Of a stretch of DNA of 64,000 bases, positions 35,720 through 48,660 are shown in pieces; the stretch's first letter is position 1, and each line of letters opens with the position of its first letter. This stretch comes from Rhina ancylostomus (taxonomy: Eukaryota). The notes under the pieces were generated by a model. The model did not search any database. It worked only from the letters and a program-made list of their open reading frames with translations, and was not told the DNA's origin. The translations under genes were made by a program, and so were the position numbers. Location of the stretch: positions 23,786,568-23,850,567 of the forward strand of contig JARFYF010000050.1 in assembly GCA_030265395.1 (NCBI GenBank), written 5' to 3'.

Positions 35720-38700
35720 TTAGAACAGCACAGTACGAGCTCTTTGGCCCACAGTGTGTCAACCTATATACACCGACCCCATGATCGATCTAACCCTTCC
35801 CTCCATTTTTTCTTACATCCATGTGCCTATTTCAAAGTCTTTTAAATGTCCATCCTGTATCAGCCTCTACTACCAACCCCGGCAGTGCGTTCCAGGCACC
35901 CACCACTCTGTGTAAAAAAAAATCTACCTTTGACAACTCCCCGAAACTTCCCTCTACTCACCTTAAAAGATGTCATTTGCTATTGGCCATTGCCGCCCTG
36001 GGGAATGGTGCTGGCTGCCCACTCTATCTATGCCTCTCATAATCTTATACATGTCTATCAAGTTGCCTCTCATCCTCCATCGCTCCAAAGGGCAAAGCCC
36101 GAGCTCGCTCAACCTTTCCTCATAAGACATGTTCTCTAATCCAGGCAGCAACCTCTGCACCCTCTCTGAAGTTTCCACTTCCTTCCTATAATGAGGCGAC
36201 CAGAACTGAACACAGTACAACTGAACACAAAGTGTGGTCTGACCAGAGTTTTATGGAGCTGCAATATTACCTCGTGGCCCTTGAACTCAATCCCCCAACT
36301 AATGAAGGCCAGCACACCATACGCCTTCTTAACCACTCTATCAACTTGCACAACAGCTTTGAGGGATCTACGTCCCAAGATCCCTCTGTTCCTCCGCATT
36401 GCTAAAACTCATGCCCTTAACCTTGTACTCCACCTTCATGTTCGATCTTCCAAAGTGTATCCCTTCACACTTCTTTGGATTGAACTCCATCTGCCACTTC
36501 TCCAGCCAACTCTGCATCCTGTTTATATTCTGTTGTAACCTACAGCAACCTTTTACACTATCCACAACACCTCCAAGCTTCATGTCATCTGTAAGCTTAC
36601 TAACCCACACCTCTACTTCCTCATTCAAGTCAATTATAAAAATCACAAAGAGCAAGGGTCCCAGTACAGACCCGTGTGGAACACCACTAGTCACCGACCT
36701 CCAGGCAGAATACGCTCCATCTACTGCCACCCTCTGCCTTCTGTGGGCAAGCCAATTCTGAATCCACGCTGCCAAGTTTCCATGGATCCCATGCCCCCTG
36801 ACTCTCTGAATGAGCCTACCATGGGAAACCTTGTCAGATGCCTTACTAAAATCAAAATATACACCACATCCACTGCTCTACCTTCATCGATTTGTTTCGT
36901 CACCTCCTCAAAAAAACTCAAGCTCATGAAGCACAATCTGCGCCTCACAAAGCCACGCTCACTATCCCTAATAAGACTATGCTTCTGCAAATGCTTGTAA
37001 ATCCTGCCCTAAGAATCCTCTCTAATAGTTTGACCACCACTGACGTAAGACTCACTTGTCAATCATTCCCAGGATTATCCCTATTACCTTCCTTAAACAA
37101 CGGAACCACATTTGCCACCCTCCAATCCTCTGGTACCACTCCTGTGGCCAAGAAAGACACAAAGATCGTCATCAACACCCCAGCAATCTCTTTACTCACT
37201 TCCTGTAGTAACCTGGGGTATATCCCATCTGGTCTCGGGGACTTATCTATCCTAATGTTTTTCAGAAGCTTCAACACTACCTCTTTCTTAACCTCAACAT
37301 GTTTCAGCACATTAGCCTGTTCTGTGCTGACCTCACATTCATCAAAGTCCCTTTCCCTCATGAACACTGAAGCAAAGTATTCATTAAGGACCTCTGCCTC
37401 CAGGCACATTTCCCCCTTTGACCCTGAGCGGTCCTACCCTCACTCTAGTCATCCTCCTGTTCTTCATGTTAGTATAGAACGCCTTGGGGTTTTCCTTAAT
37501 CCTACTCACCAAGGCCTTCTCATTTCCCCTTCTAGCTTTCCTGTGTCCCTTCTGAAGTTCCTTCCTAGCTACCTTATAATTCTCAAGAGTCCTGCCTGAT
37601 TCTTGCTTCCTAAACAAGTATGCTTCCTTCTTCCTCTTGACTAAATGTTCCACCTCACTTGTCAACCATGGTTCCTTCACCCTACCATCCTTTCCCTGTC
37701 TCGGTGGGACAAACCTATCCAGAACCCCATGCAAGTGGTCCCTAAACATTTCTGCTGTGTACTTACCTGAGAACATCTGTTCCTAATTTACCCTCCTATG
37801 TTCCAGCCTAATACCATCATAATTAGCCCTTCCTCAGTTAAATACTTTCTCATATCATCTGCTCCTATCCTGGTCTATGGCTATGCTCAAGGTCAGGGAG
37901 TTGTGGTCACTATCTCTGAAATGCTCGCCCCCTGAGAGGTTTGTCACCTGACTAGGTTCATTGCCTAGTACTAGATCCATTATGGTCTCTCCTCTAGTTG
38001 GCCTGTCCACATACTGTGTCAGGAATCCTTCCTGGACACACCTAACAAATACTGCCCCATGTAACCCTTTTGCACGAAGGAGGTGCCAATCAATATTAGG
38101 GAAGCTGAAGTCTCCCATAACAACAACTCTGTTATTTTTGCACCTTTCCAAAATCTGCCTACTTATCTGCTCCTCAGTGACCCGGTGGCTCCTGGGGGGC
38201 CTATAGAATACTCCCAAAAGAATGATTGCTCCCTTCCTGTTTCTGACTCACACCCACACTGACTCAGTTGACGATCCCTCCACGACTCCTCCCTTTCTAC
38301 AGCTGTGAATCTATCCCTGATTAACAATGCCACTCCCTCCCCCTCCCCGCTTCCCCTATCTTTTACCTTCCTCCCTATCCCTTTTGAAACATTTAAACCC
38401 CAGAACATCAAGCAGCCAATCCTGCCCTTGCAACAGCCAAGTTTCTGCAATGGTCACAACATCCTGTACTGATCCTTGCACTAAGTTCATCACCCTTATT
38501 CTTAATACTTATTGCATTAAAGTAAGCACATTTCAACCGATCCAACTGACTGCATTTATGCCCTATCCACAGCCTGTCCTTCCTCACAGTCTGCACAAAT
38601 GCGTCTACCTTTACACCAACCACTCCATCATCTGACCTAACCCTCTGGTTCTCATCCCCCTGCAAACCACATTTAATCCCTCCCCAACAGTTCTAGCAAA

Positions 38701-39300
38701 CATGTCCGCAAGTTTGCTGGAACTCTTCAGGTGTAACCTGTCCCTTTTGTACAGGTCATACCTTTCCTAGAAGACATCCCAATGATCCACAAATCTGAAA
38801 CCCTGCCCCCTGCACCAACACTTCAGCAATGCATTTGTCTGCCATATTTTGTCATTACTACCATTAGGGAGGAGGTACAGGAGCCTGAAGATCTACACTC
38901 AGCACTTCAGGATCAGCTTCTTCTTCCCCTCTGCCATCAGGTTTCTGAACAGTCCATGAACTCTACCTCATTCCTCTTTTGTTTAATTATTTATTGGTAA
39001 CTTATTGTAATTTTTATGTCTTGCAATGTACTACTGCAGCAAAACAACAAATTTCACAACATATGTCAATAATAATAAACCCAATTCCGATTCTTTTCTT
39101 ACTCTCACTGACACGTGTCATAGGCAGCAATTCAGATTACTACCTTTGAGGTCCTGCTTTTTAGCTTCCTTCCTAACTCTGTATATTCACTTTTCAGGAC
39201 CTCATCCCTTTTCCTATCTATGTCATTGGTACCAATGTGTACCACAACTTCTGGCTGCTCACCCTCCCCCTTAAGGCTGCTCTGGACTTGATCCAAGATG
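35720..39300 (-). mobile_element. Near-full-length, disrupted CR1 LINE (esterase ORF1 plus APE-RT ORF2)
   Basis: ORF2 fragments: APE (GVFYRPP, GDFSFPNIDW, DLVLGNEP, DSDHNSL) at 37855-38217; KSPRPDGIYPRLL and WRVANVVPLFKEG at 37059-37409; RT GVPHGSVLGPLLFVIFI..KLTDDMKLGG at 36368-36775; YCVQFWSPHYRK at ~36220. ORF1: VVVHIGTNDI (~39250) and DLYKRDRLHL (~38755). Many frameshifts. Confidence 0.93.
38852..39092 (+). mobile_element. Rex/Babar-type 3' fragment inserted in CR1 ORF1
   Basis: gggaggaggtacaggagcctgaag..cttcaggatcagcttcttc..ccctctgccatcaggtttctgaac and tail aaaacaacaaatttcacaacatatgtcaataataataaacc. CR1 ORF1 continues on both sides. Confidence 0.72.
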
Positions 39301-40353
39301 TCATTTTGACCCCTAAAACATAGTTTACTTGATAAGCCAGCTCCATTTTACAGTCCATCTTACCATCCAGCCTTGTATTTAACATAGGATCTCCCGGATA
39401 AAATATGAAAATATTACATTATCTATTGTCTGAAACAAAGTCTCTGAAATGCTTTCATAATACTATAGTAAGAGTAGTTAGCATTATGTAAACTTTCATT
39501 ATGTAAAGAACTTCATTAAATGAAAAGATGTTTATTGTCATCAATAAATTAGCAAAGAACTATTTCTCAGTTCAACACCAGAACCCCATATTGTGTAAAT
39601 GCTGCTCCAATATTGAGCATTTTCAAGCAAGTTATAAATCAGTTCTTTAGCAAATCTTGAAGGAAGCTTTTATCAACGGTCTTCTATATGGGAGGGAAGA
39701 ATGAAAGGAATTAGGTTCCCAATGTGCAGTGATGAGATGGCACAAAAGGACTCTTACTCCATGATGTTTAACATTAAAATTAAATTCATACTTATTTCAT
39801 CCATAAACACTCTGGGATAACCCAAAAAAAGGTACACGATTTTCCCAGAAAACAATCTGAGAAAGCATTTGATGAATTGAAAGCTGGCCCAATTTCACAG
39901 ACACCTCATTCTTGAAATGAATTTCTTTTATTTGCTCTCAGCAAGTGGTTCTCAGCAATTTTTTTGTCCACCTGATCTGCCAGCAGTCCCTGTGGGGTTA
40001 ATGTTTCTGCAAAGATGCTAGAAAGGGAATTCTAGAATTCTGACCAAGCAGAGCTGAAGCAACAGCAATATTAACTCAAACCAAGATGACTTGAAGGGGA
40101 ACTCAGAGGTAATTTGTCCACAAAGAATTTTTATTGCTCAGTGGTACAGAATGCAAGGAAAGAAGCAATCCCTTCAAGTATTTTGGACTTATTGGCAACT
40201 GTTATGGACTAGGTTATTAGTAGTGAGTGTCCCTTTAAGATTGTGTGTGTGTGNNNNNNNNNNNNNNNNNNNNNNNNNNNNNNNNNNNNNNNNNNNNNNN
40301 NNNNNNNNNNNNNNNNNNNNNNNNNNNNNNNNNNNNNNNNNNNNNNNNNNNNN

Positions 40354-40582
40354 CAGTATACTTGTTATTGAAGGGAAACGGCCAAAGAGGCACCTGCACT
40401 GACTACCTATTCCCTTTCCCTGTCCTGACGATCACCCAGCTACCTGCATCCTGCAACTTAGGTGTGCCTGCCTCCTTGTAACTCCTGTATATCAACCCCT
40501 CAGCCTCCCAAATGATCTGGACTTCAACCAGCTCCAGTTCCCTAATGCGCTTTGTAAGGTGGTGCAGCTGGATGCAATTCTG
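40354..40582 (-). mobile_element. CR1 ORF1 N-terminal fragment
   Basis: CIQLHHLTKRIRELELVEVQIIWEAEGLIYRSYKEAGTPKLQDAGSWVIVRTGKGNR, the coiled-coil region of elasmobranch CR1 ORF1. Confidence 0.7.
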
Positions 40583-41169
40583 TTTGAACATTGCTAGTGA
40601 ACTAAATATATTGTTACTAAGTGTTTATGTGATATGGGGCCATCATGTGAGATGAATACCTCAGCACTTGGTTGAGAATTTTCAAGGCCTGCTGCCATTT
40701 TCTTGCATGGCGAGAAACAGTCAGCAGAGTAAATTGGTCACTTCTGTACCCAGTGGAATTCTCAGGTAATCCTTCAAATGCCAGTCCTGGAAATCAGGCG
40801 ATTTAACTTTGTCAAAAGGGCACTAAACAATTGCAGAATCAGTTTGCAGGTTTCCTTGGCAAATTCAGGAGAACAAGTTAAGTACTCATCAAAAATACTT
40901 AGGCCTTGAGTGCCTCTCACATCACCTTTTTATTTCCATGTCCATAGGTTAATCATTCATAAATACCCGTAGCAGTTTCAAACCTATGGGCAAATCTTAC
41001 CTGCTGCAACGTATGCTTTAGAATAAATATAATAAAATAAAGTTGTGCATTTGATAATTAGTATCATAATATAAATACAAGCAAAAGAAGTTAATGGCCC
41101 AATCTGGGATACTACAACAGTGAATCCCCAAGAACCCATTGCCCTTGAAGGATGTACAGTGCCGATGTA

Positions 41170-41590
41170 TTAGAATGACATGTGGCTTAAAGAGTTAAAA
41201 TATTTGGGACGGTTGCAGAATCTCAGTTGGCGCTCCCTTGAGTTTGGAAAATTGAAGTATGGCCCTAATTGAAGTGTTTAAAATGACAAAGAAATTTGAT
41301 AGGTTAGATTCGAGGAACTCTTTCCTTCCCTGGGGAAAACCAGAAGATGGCATAATCTTATGGTGGGAGCTAGTTTTAAAATCAAGTAGCAAATGCTCCA
41401 CATAAAGGGTAGTGGAAATCAGGTACTCTTTCCCACTAAAGCCCTCTGGGCACTGGGTCAACTGAAGTGAGTTGATAGATTTTTAAGTTTGGAAAAGGTA
41501 TTAAGGGAGTTGAGCTGCACGCCTGTTATGATCCAATTGAATGGTGAAAATTGCTTGAGGGGCTAAGTGGCCTTCTCCTGTTCCTGTACA
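41170..41590 (+). mobile_element. Old CR1 LINE 3' fragment
   Basis: ctaattgaagtgtttaaaatgacaaagaaatttgatagg, agggtagtggaaatcaggtactct, and tail gcttgaggggctaagtggccttctcctgttcct. Confidence 0.68.
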
Positions 41591-43929
41591 TAGAGCTGCT
41601 CACGCTTACTTTGTGTCCTTGTCATTCATTCAGCTTGTGGAAATGATTTAATTTATTTTGTTCATAGTTTTAAGCAACTTCATGATCCAAATAGGTCTCT
41701 GCTCACCAAATCAAGGGCTGCTAACAAAGTTATGAGCTTAAATTTCATAATATGAATGCAACACTTTAAGACTGAAAGAAATTAATCCAGAGAATTAAAT
41801 ATTGGTAGTTAATTAATAAACTGACTTGCAACCTCAAGGCTGTAGTTCTTGAACTGGGAGACGTATCTTGCAATGTTATAAATGAACAGAACAAAGAAAT
41901 GATGAAGCCCCACCAGAGGCATGTATAACTCTAATAATACATGAGATCAGTTATTACAGAATACAGTTCTCCTAATAGATTATCACAAAACATACTGATG
42001 AGGTTGGAAGAACAATATTAATTGCTCACCCAGTTAACCTTCAGTGCAGGCACTCATTGGAGTTGCATTGAAATTATACAGTTGCCTATGAGGAGGGTGG
42101 TCAGCTGTGCTATTGAGAAAATTGCAAAGCTTGAAGCACCTTGATTTGGCTGCAGCTGGATCCAACAGTACCAGGAAGATTCAAAATGTCAACTGGGTCA
42201 TCCCTAAATCTCCCACACTGCTACTAGCAGTATTCTGGTAACAACAGGAGTTGTTACCTTTCCTTTCATTAACACAGGCTTCCAGAGACTTCTAACACTG
42301 CACTTTCATTGATATTGCAAGTTGAGGGATCCAGTATGGTTTTCTATCCATTGACAGAGCCTTTTCATGCTAAGTCCTTAATAATCATTTTATTCCCCCT
42401 CATTCCCCCTGACTGAATATTTTAAAAAGTTTGTGATTAAGCCCAGAATTAGTCACAAGTTTGCTCATAGCTATGCTTTTATCACTCTGCTGTCATTACA
42501 ATGAAAACTATTTTTTTTGTGTTCTTGGCGTTATCGGATCATGTATCGAAATACAAGTTCCTGCTTTTGTTTTTTCTGGCTGAGTGCAAGTAACCAATAT
42601 CAAACTGTTCGCTGACAAAGAGTTGTTTAACCACAGCGCATTTAAAACACTTTATTTTTCTATTCTCTGTTGTATTGGAGCTGTTGAATTACTCTGTTAT
42701 ATTGTTGCCAATATTAAAGTTTTCATTTTTAGCATTGAGTATATCAAAGGAGATTGAACTTCATCAGTTTTGATGTGTGAAGACTTTGCCACTATGATCC
42801 ACTTTATTTATCCTGCTTTTTAAAGCCATAAATTGCTGTTTTGTTTTTGTAATGCACATTTATCCTCTCTACTTTTTTTTCTGAAAGATTTCTAGACACT
42901 TTTTCTAGTTAACCAAGGTTGTAATTTGTGTTTTATTGATTGAATTATAAAACTACTTAAAAACTACAGGCATTTAATGGCTTGCATAATAGGTTTGTTT
43001 TCACATTTCTTTGAAGCGCTAGATTGTTGATTGCTTTCATTTAAAATCCAAGGATTCTAGACTATAAGGGGTATCCAGAGAAATGTGACCCCATTGTTCT
43101 CTTTNNNNNNNNNNNNNNNNNNNNNNNNNNNNNNNNNNNNNNNNNNNNNNNNNNNNNNNAATTTTCATTGCTGAGTTCCATTTGCACAGGGATCAGAATG
43201 CAAACTTTTTTTTATTACAGACAGGGATGGAAATTGAGAATATATACCAACAGAGTGGTTGTGCATTACCAGCAATTTCTGTGGCAGGGCTTTTGATATG
43301 TTATGTAGGTAGTTGGGAAAGGGCTGTGATAAAGGAACAAAAGTCTAAAATTAACTTGTCATCCGCAGAGGCTCCCTGCTGTTGCTCTGTGGCAGGCTGG
43401 AGGTTAGTCCCCTTTGCTAGGAAATATGCTCTCAAGGACTGGGCATCAAGTTGTTGGTTGAATATTTGGGCCAGGGATCAGCTGTGGGGGGTGGGGATGG
43501 TGCAAGTGGGAGTGTTGGCCAGAAGAGGCAGTTGGAGGCCCATCACATGTTTGATTGACAGGGTTGTTTGTTGGTCTTTGATATCTGTTTGAAGTGTCCT
43601 GATGTTCATCTATGATCATTATCAGATTAAGTGCAGAAGGTTTAGCAATAGAGAAGATTGGATCGACATATGCACTTCCAACAATTGTCACCAGATCGAG
43701 AGCACATTCTGGCATTTTGCTCCTCTCCCTTGAGGAGCATTTGATTCCAAGTATTGTGCCCCCAATATCACTTGAACTACCTAAAGTAAACCAAGGATTT
43801 GAGCCAGGAATTGCCTGTTTGCATGGTTCAGCTTTATTATCTTCAACTTGCAGTAGCCCTAGGGGAACATTTCTGAACCACTATAACAATCCTTTTATCA
43901 ATTAACTTCAGTCAATTCACTTCAGTCCA

Positions 43930-45130
43930 CAATGTCCTCTCCTCTTCACACTAAGAAAAGCAGAGACAATTTCCTCTTATAATTATAACTACAGCCCTGA
44001 CAACATCCTCATAAATTTTCTCAATACTCTCTCTAATAGTCACACCTCCTTCTGTGGTATATTGATTAGAATTGTACACACTGCTCTAGCTGTGACTATT
44101 ATAAAATCAAGTCTTTTATATAGTCCGAGCATGTGCTCTATGCTTGTGTTTTGTATGCGTTGGCCAATAAAGGCAAGTATTCAGTTTGTCAATTTAACAG
44201 TTATGAACATGAACTCCAGCATCGTTTTGTTCCTCTGTTTGTTGTGTATGCTCTTGCCTCATTTGCTCTCACTCAGTATATCATCTCGCACTTTTCCAGA
44301 TTGAATTCCACTGCCACATTTATGCCCCATTTGACCAGTCCAACATCCACCCAGTCAATTTTGGTATCATGACTTCTACATTTGTAAAGATTGGTTTTAT
44401 ATATCAAAGGACGAACTTCTGAGTCTTGTGGAACTCCACTGCACAAAGTCTTCCTGCCATCAAAACTCCCATCAATCATTCTCTTTTCTTTCTCTTGCTA
44501 AGCCAAATTTGAATCCAGCTTGCCACTTTCCTGGATTCCGGATTATTCTGCAAAGTAAAAGCCCAATATTTGGAACTCTGACTAGTGTCTGCTTAAATCC
44601 ATATAGATTGTGTCAAATATAGTGCTCTGATCAACCCGCTTCATGACATCCTCAAAAAAAATTAAATAGTCAGTCAGACATGACAGGCCCTTAACAAATC
44701 CCTGCCTGCTGTCCTTGATTAACCTATAAATGTTTACTTACACAGTCCTTTTGTATTTTTTCCAGTAATTTTTCCCACCATCAGCATTTGGCTGACTGAC
44801 ATTCCCTTATTCAGTCTATCCATTGCTCCCTTTTTAAAGCAACACCACTGCATTATCAATCTTCTAGTCCTCACAGTAGCCCAGGCAGATTGGACAGTGA
44901 TGATCAGAGCCTCTGGTATTTGCTCCCATGCTTTTTAAGAGCCTGGATATATTTTATCAAAGGCTGGCAACATATCCACTTTCAGTGATGTTACACCCCC
45001 AGCGTGATCTCTCTTTCTCTGCTTATCATAATCCTGTATTTAAAGTTCTTCTTCCTCAGTGTCTGTATCATTCCCTCCTTTCTGTGAAGACACACCAGAT
45101 ATTCATTCAGGATGATGAGCATGCCTTCCA
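43930..45130 (-). mobile_element. Old CR1 LINE RT-region fragment
   Basis: ORF track 44273-44479 has SGVPQDSEVRPL and VEFNLEKCEMI. Motifs are collinear with the 36-37 kb CR1. Confidence 0.65.
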
Positions 45131-46319
45131 CCTGCACTATTTTGGCTTCAAACAGGCCCGACTATTTTCATTGTTGTCGTCTTGCCCAAACCATATTCAG
45201 TTTTTATTTCCCCAGGATTTATGCCAGCAGAAGTAGTTTAAACAATCATTATGTAGGGATTTTTGTAGGCTCACCCTAGAGATTAAGTAGCATCCTTTCT
45301 GATTCTTTTTTTAATTTTCCTTTTGAATTCCTCTCCTATACCTACAATACACCTATAGGTTTACTGCAATGTTAGGCTCTCAGTCTGTCTTGTTTCTCTC
45401 TCTGCCTTATATCCCAACATGCAGGGTGGCCTGGATTTGGGAATTCCTCCTTTTGTTTCTCAAGGGATTGTATTTGGCTTGAACCCTCAGTATCTCTTCC
45501 TTGAATGTTCTGCACAGCTCTAACACAGTTCGGCAGTGGTGGATGCAGTGAATGATGATGGTGTCTATTAGTCAACTGAAAGACAGCTCCACATTCTGCC
45601 TCAGTAGAAATTATTTTGAACATTACATAAGAAAAAAATGTATTGTACTCTATGACTAGTTCAACTTGCTTTGTTTAACAACCCAGACAGTTGTCAATAC
45701 ATTTCTTTTAAAAAGTCTTATTTAGTCATGAGTGAAGGAATTGCAAGACTTTATCCACTCTGAGTGCTGTTTTATAATGTAAAATAAACCAATTACAGTT
45801 TTAATTTCACAGTTGGAGGAAAAATATCAACACATTCATGCAAGTTGAACAGTTACTTTTCATCTTCTCTTCATGCATGGCAGTGAAGGGATCTTGTTTG
45901 CCTCCTTGGCATTCATGTGCAAGTGTGTTTGGAGCAATTTAGTATAAATATTTCACGTGGAAAAATCCATTATGAAAGATTATCCTGTAAGCTTCAATTT
46001 CAGATCTTGTAATACTTCTGCTTGTCAGCTGCTGTTGTTAACTGATGAAAATGTGGGCAGCTGTTGAAGTGTTTGTGCTATACATGGTATTTTCAGAATA
46101 TTAATAAAGAAAGTGGTTTAGTGTAAGAATTAAGGAAGAATCAAATAGTTTACTCAAGGCACATTGAAAGAGCAATTCTATTCACATGATTTTCCAGCTG
46201 ATTCATAGTTTATGAGAGTAAAAGAGGTAGAGTTGGTTGTCAGCAGGAAATCCTGGAAATTCTCAGCGTGCCAGGCAGCATCTGAGGAAGTGAAATAGAG
46301 TTAACATTTTGGGTTCAGC

Positions 46320-48660
46320 TGCTCACAGGTGTTTCCCTGGTGGATGTAAATAATCCTTTTCACTTTGTAGTGTAGTGGAGAGGCAAATGTATACTCATTT
46401 ATATGGATTCCCAGAGGGCATCCAATAGTCTGCCTTCCAAGAGACTGTTTACTAAAGTTGAAGCTCATTGAATGAAGACATATAATTAACCTGGTTAGGA
46501 AATGGGATGAGTGGTAGGAGACAAGTGTAGGGATAATCAGAAGGCACTCAAATTGGCAGGTTATAATAAGTAGCATTTCACAGAGATCTGTGTTGGAGCC
46601 TCCTCATATCAACAGCGATGTCTCCAAATTTAAAATTGACACCAATAAGGCAGCTTTGCAAAGAGTGTTGATGGAAGAAATGACAAAGATAACTTCATAG
46701 ATTTGTGAGCAGGCAAAACTTGGGCAGATGGATTTCCATGTAGACAAGTGCTATATCATCTGCTTTGGAAATAAAAATGCCAGGTTACTTTCTAAGTGCT
46801 GAAAAAGCTAGCACGATCAAAGACTGGGAATCCATGTACACAGATCATTAAGATGCCATGGGCATTTAAGTGGAGCAGCTTCCCAGGCTTAATTTTCTGC
46901 TAAAAAGCTGGCTTTCAGCTGATCNNNNNNNNNNTCTGTGAATAAGTAGAACCTTCACCTCCAAAATTGCCTTGACAGTTTGTTAAGCCATATCCCCAGG
47001 CTAAGCTGGCTGTCAAAGAGATTGACTAATTATAAATATCTCAGAAGGTAGCCCTAAATATTTAAAAAAATTTTTTTTAAAAAACTAAAATGCTCTTCAA
47101 AAATACAAAGAATACATTTTTTGAAGTTAAAATCTTAAAACCATTGGAAAACAATTGAAAAGAAAATCGATATAAATCAACTCAATTAAATCAAGAAATG
47201 GAAAATTGTACTTGGCCTGCAATTCCTAGCTAATCCATCCCATTCAGATGAATAGGCCAGCCGGACCAGTGCCGAGTCAGCCTGATGTGCCCTGCATAAG
47301 TATCTGGAAATCTGTGGAAGTTTCTATATCCCCTCACTTACACATGGAGTCCAAAAGTGAAATGCGCTTGTACTGAGAGTACTGATCAGCTGAACAAAAT
47401 CTCAGGCATCCACAACCACACAGCAGTCCCAAGCATCCACGTACTTAAGTAAAAACTGGCAGTTCTGAGTAGAGCTACAAGCTTTTTAGTGGGAGTTCTG
47501 AGCCATTAAGAGGAACCGATGGTTTCTCTAAGCTACTCGATATCCACTGGCACACATGAGTGGATGGAAATTAGCTATAAGTTAAAGTCAGGTCTTTAAA
47601 AATGGATATAGAAACTACATCTTATGTCAAGAGGGGATGGTAACACTTTGGAATAGTCTACCACACAGGGTAATACTTTAATTTTAATTTTAATTTGGAA
47701 CTCAACTTCTTGCTAATCAAAGGAAAGCAGATGTACTGAGTCAGGACAAAACAGAGTCAAGGGACTAAACTGCCTGCACCTTTCACAAGATTCATAAGTA
47801 AAATAAATACAGATATTTACACTAAATGTGTCACTGGTGGAATACAGTATTAATCCATCTCTAACTTATAGGTTGCGTGGCAAGTTGGGAAGGCAGTTAA
47901 ATAAAAAAAAAATCACATGGCTTTCTAGTGTTTATTAGTAGAGACATTCAATATGAAAGCAATGTGATCAATGGACTTGTGAATCAGTGGTTAGACTTCA
48001 GGAGGGGCATTATGGACAATTCTAGGAACTGCACCAGGAAAAAACATCGAGACCTTGAAACCTTCTTGCTTAGCACAAGTTTTTGTGTTTCTTTACACAT
48101 TTGCTAACTGAAATAAGGTGTTTTGTGTGCATAGCACGTTTCTGTAAATTGTATTATGATCCTCAGTGCTTGTGGGAATGTACTGTGATATCAATTGGCA
48201 TGCAAAGCATTGAAGAATTTTTAAGCCAAACTGTGCAAAGTGCTGGTTAGAGCATTATGGACCATTCAGCGTACTGCATCTCAGGAAAGTTGGAAAGAAA
48301 GTGTATAGAGGAGATTTAGGGGCATATTGTCAGGGATGAGGGACTTCCACAGAGAAATGTGAAAAGTTTGGGCCAATTTATAAGGCAAGGCTAAGATGTG
48401 ATCCAACAAATGTTTTCAAGATGAGGAAAGGGATTGATGTAGCAGCTGAAGTAAACTTTTTCTTGAGATATTGGGGATCTTCAGTGCCTGAACTAAAAAT
48501 GTGCTGGACGCTGATTCCATAATTATTTTTAAGAGCAGTAACAGGGTTGAGAAACTATTAGCAAAAACCAGGGCGTGAAACTAAGTGGAGCTGCTCTTTC
48601 AAAGATGCAACACAGGCATGGTTTCTCAAATGACCTCCTCCAGGCAGTCAGCTTCTGATA
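46320..48660 (+). mobile_element. Fragmented old CR1 LINE(s) with a ~0.6-kb AT-rich insertion at ~46886-47504
   Basis: gcatttcacagagatctgtgttggagcct (GVPQGSVLGP-like), gggcagatggatttccatgtagacaagtg, and CR1 3' motifs at 47900-48650. Confidence 0.6.

Noticed and set aside
36892-37599. 235-aa + strand ORF and other + ORFs at 36.2-38.6 kb
   Set aside because: Antisense shadows of CR1 ORF2.
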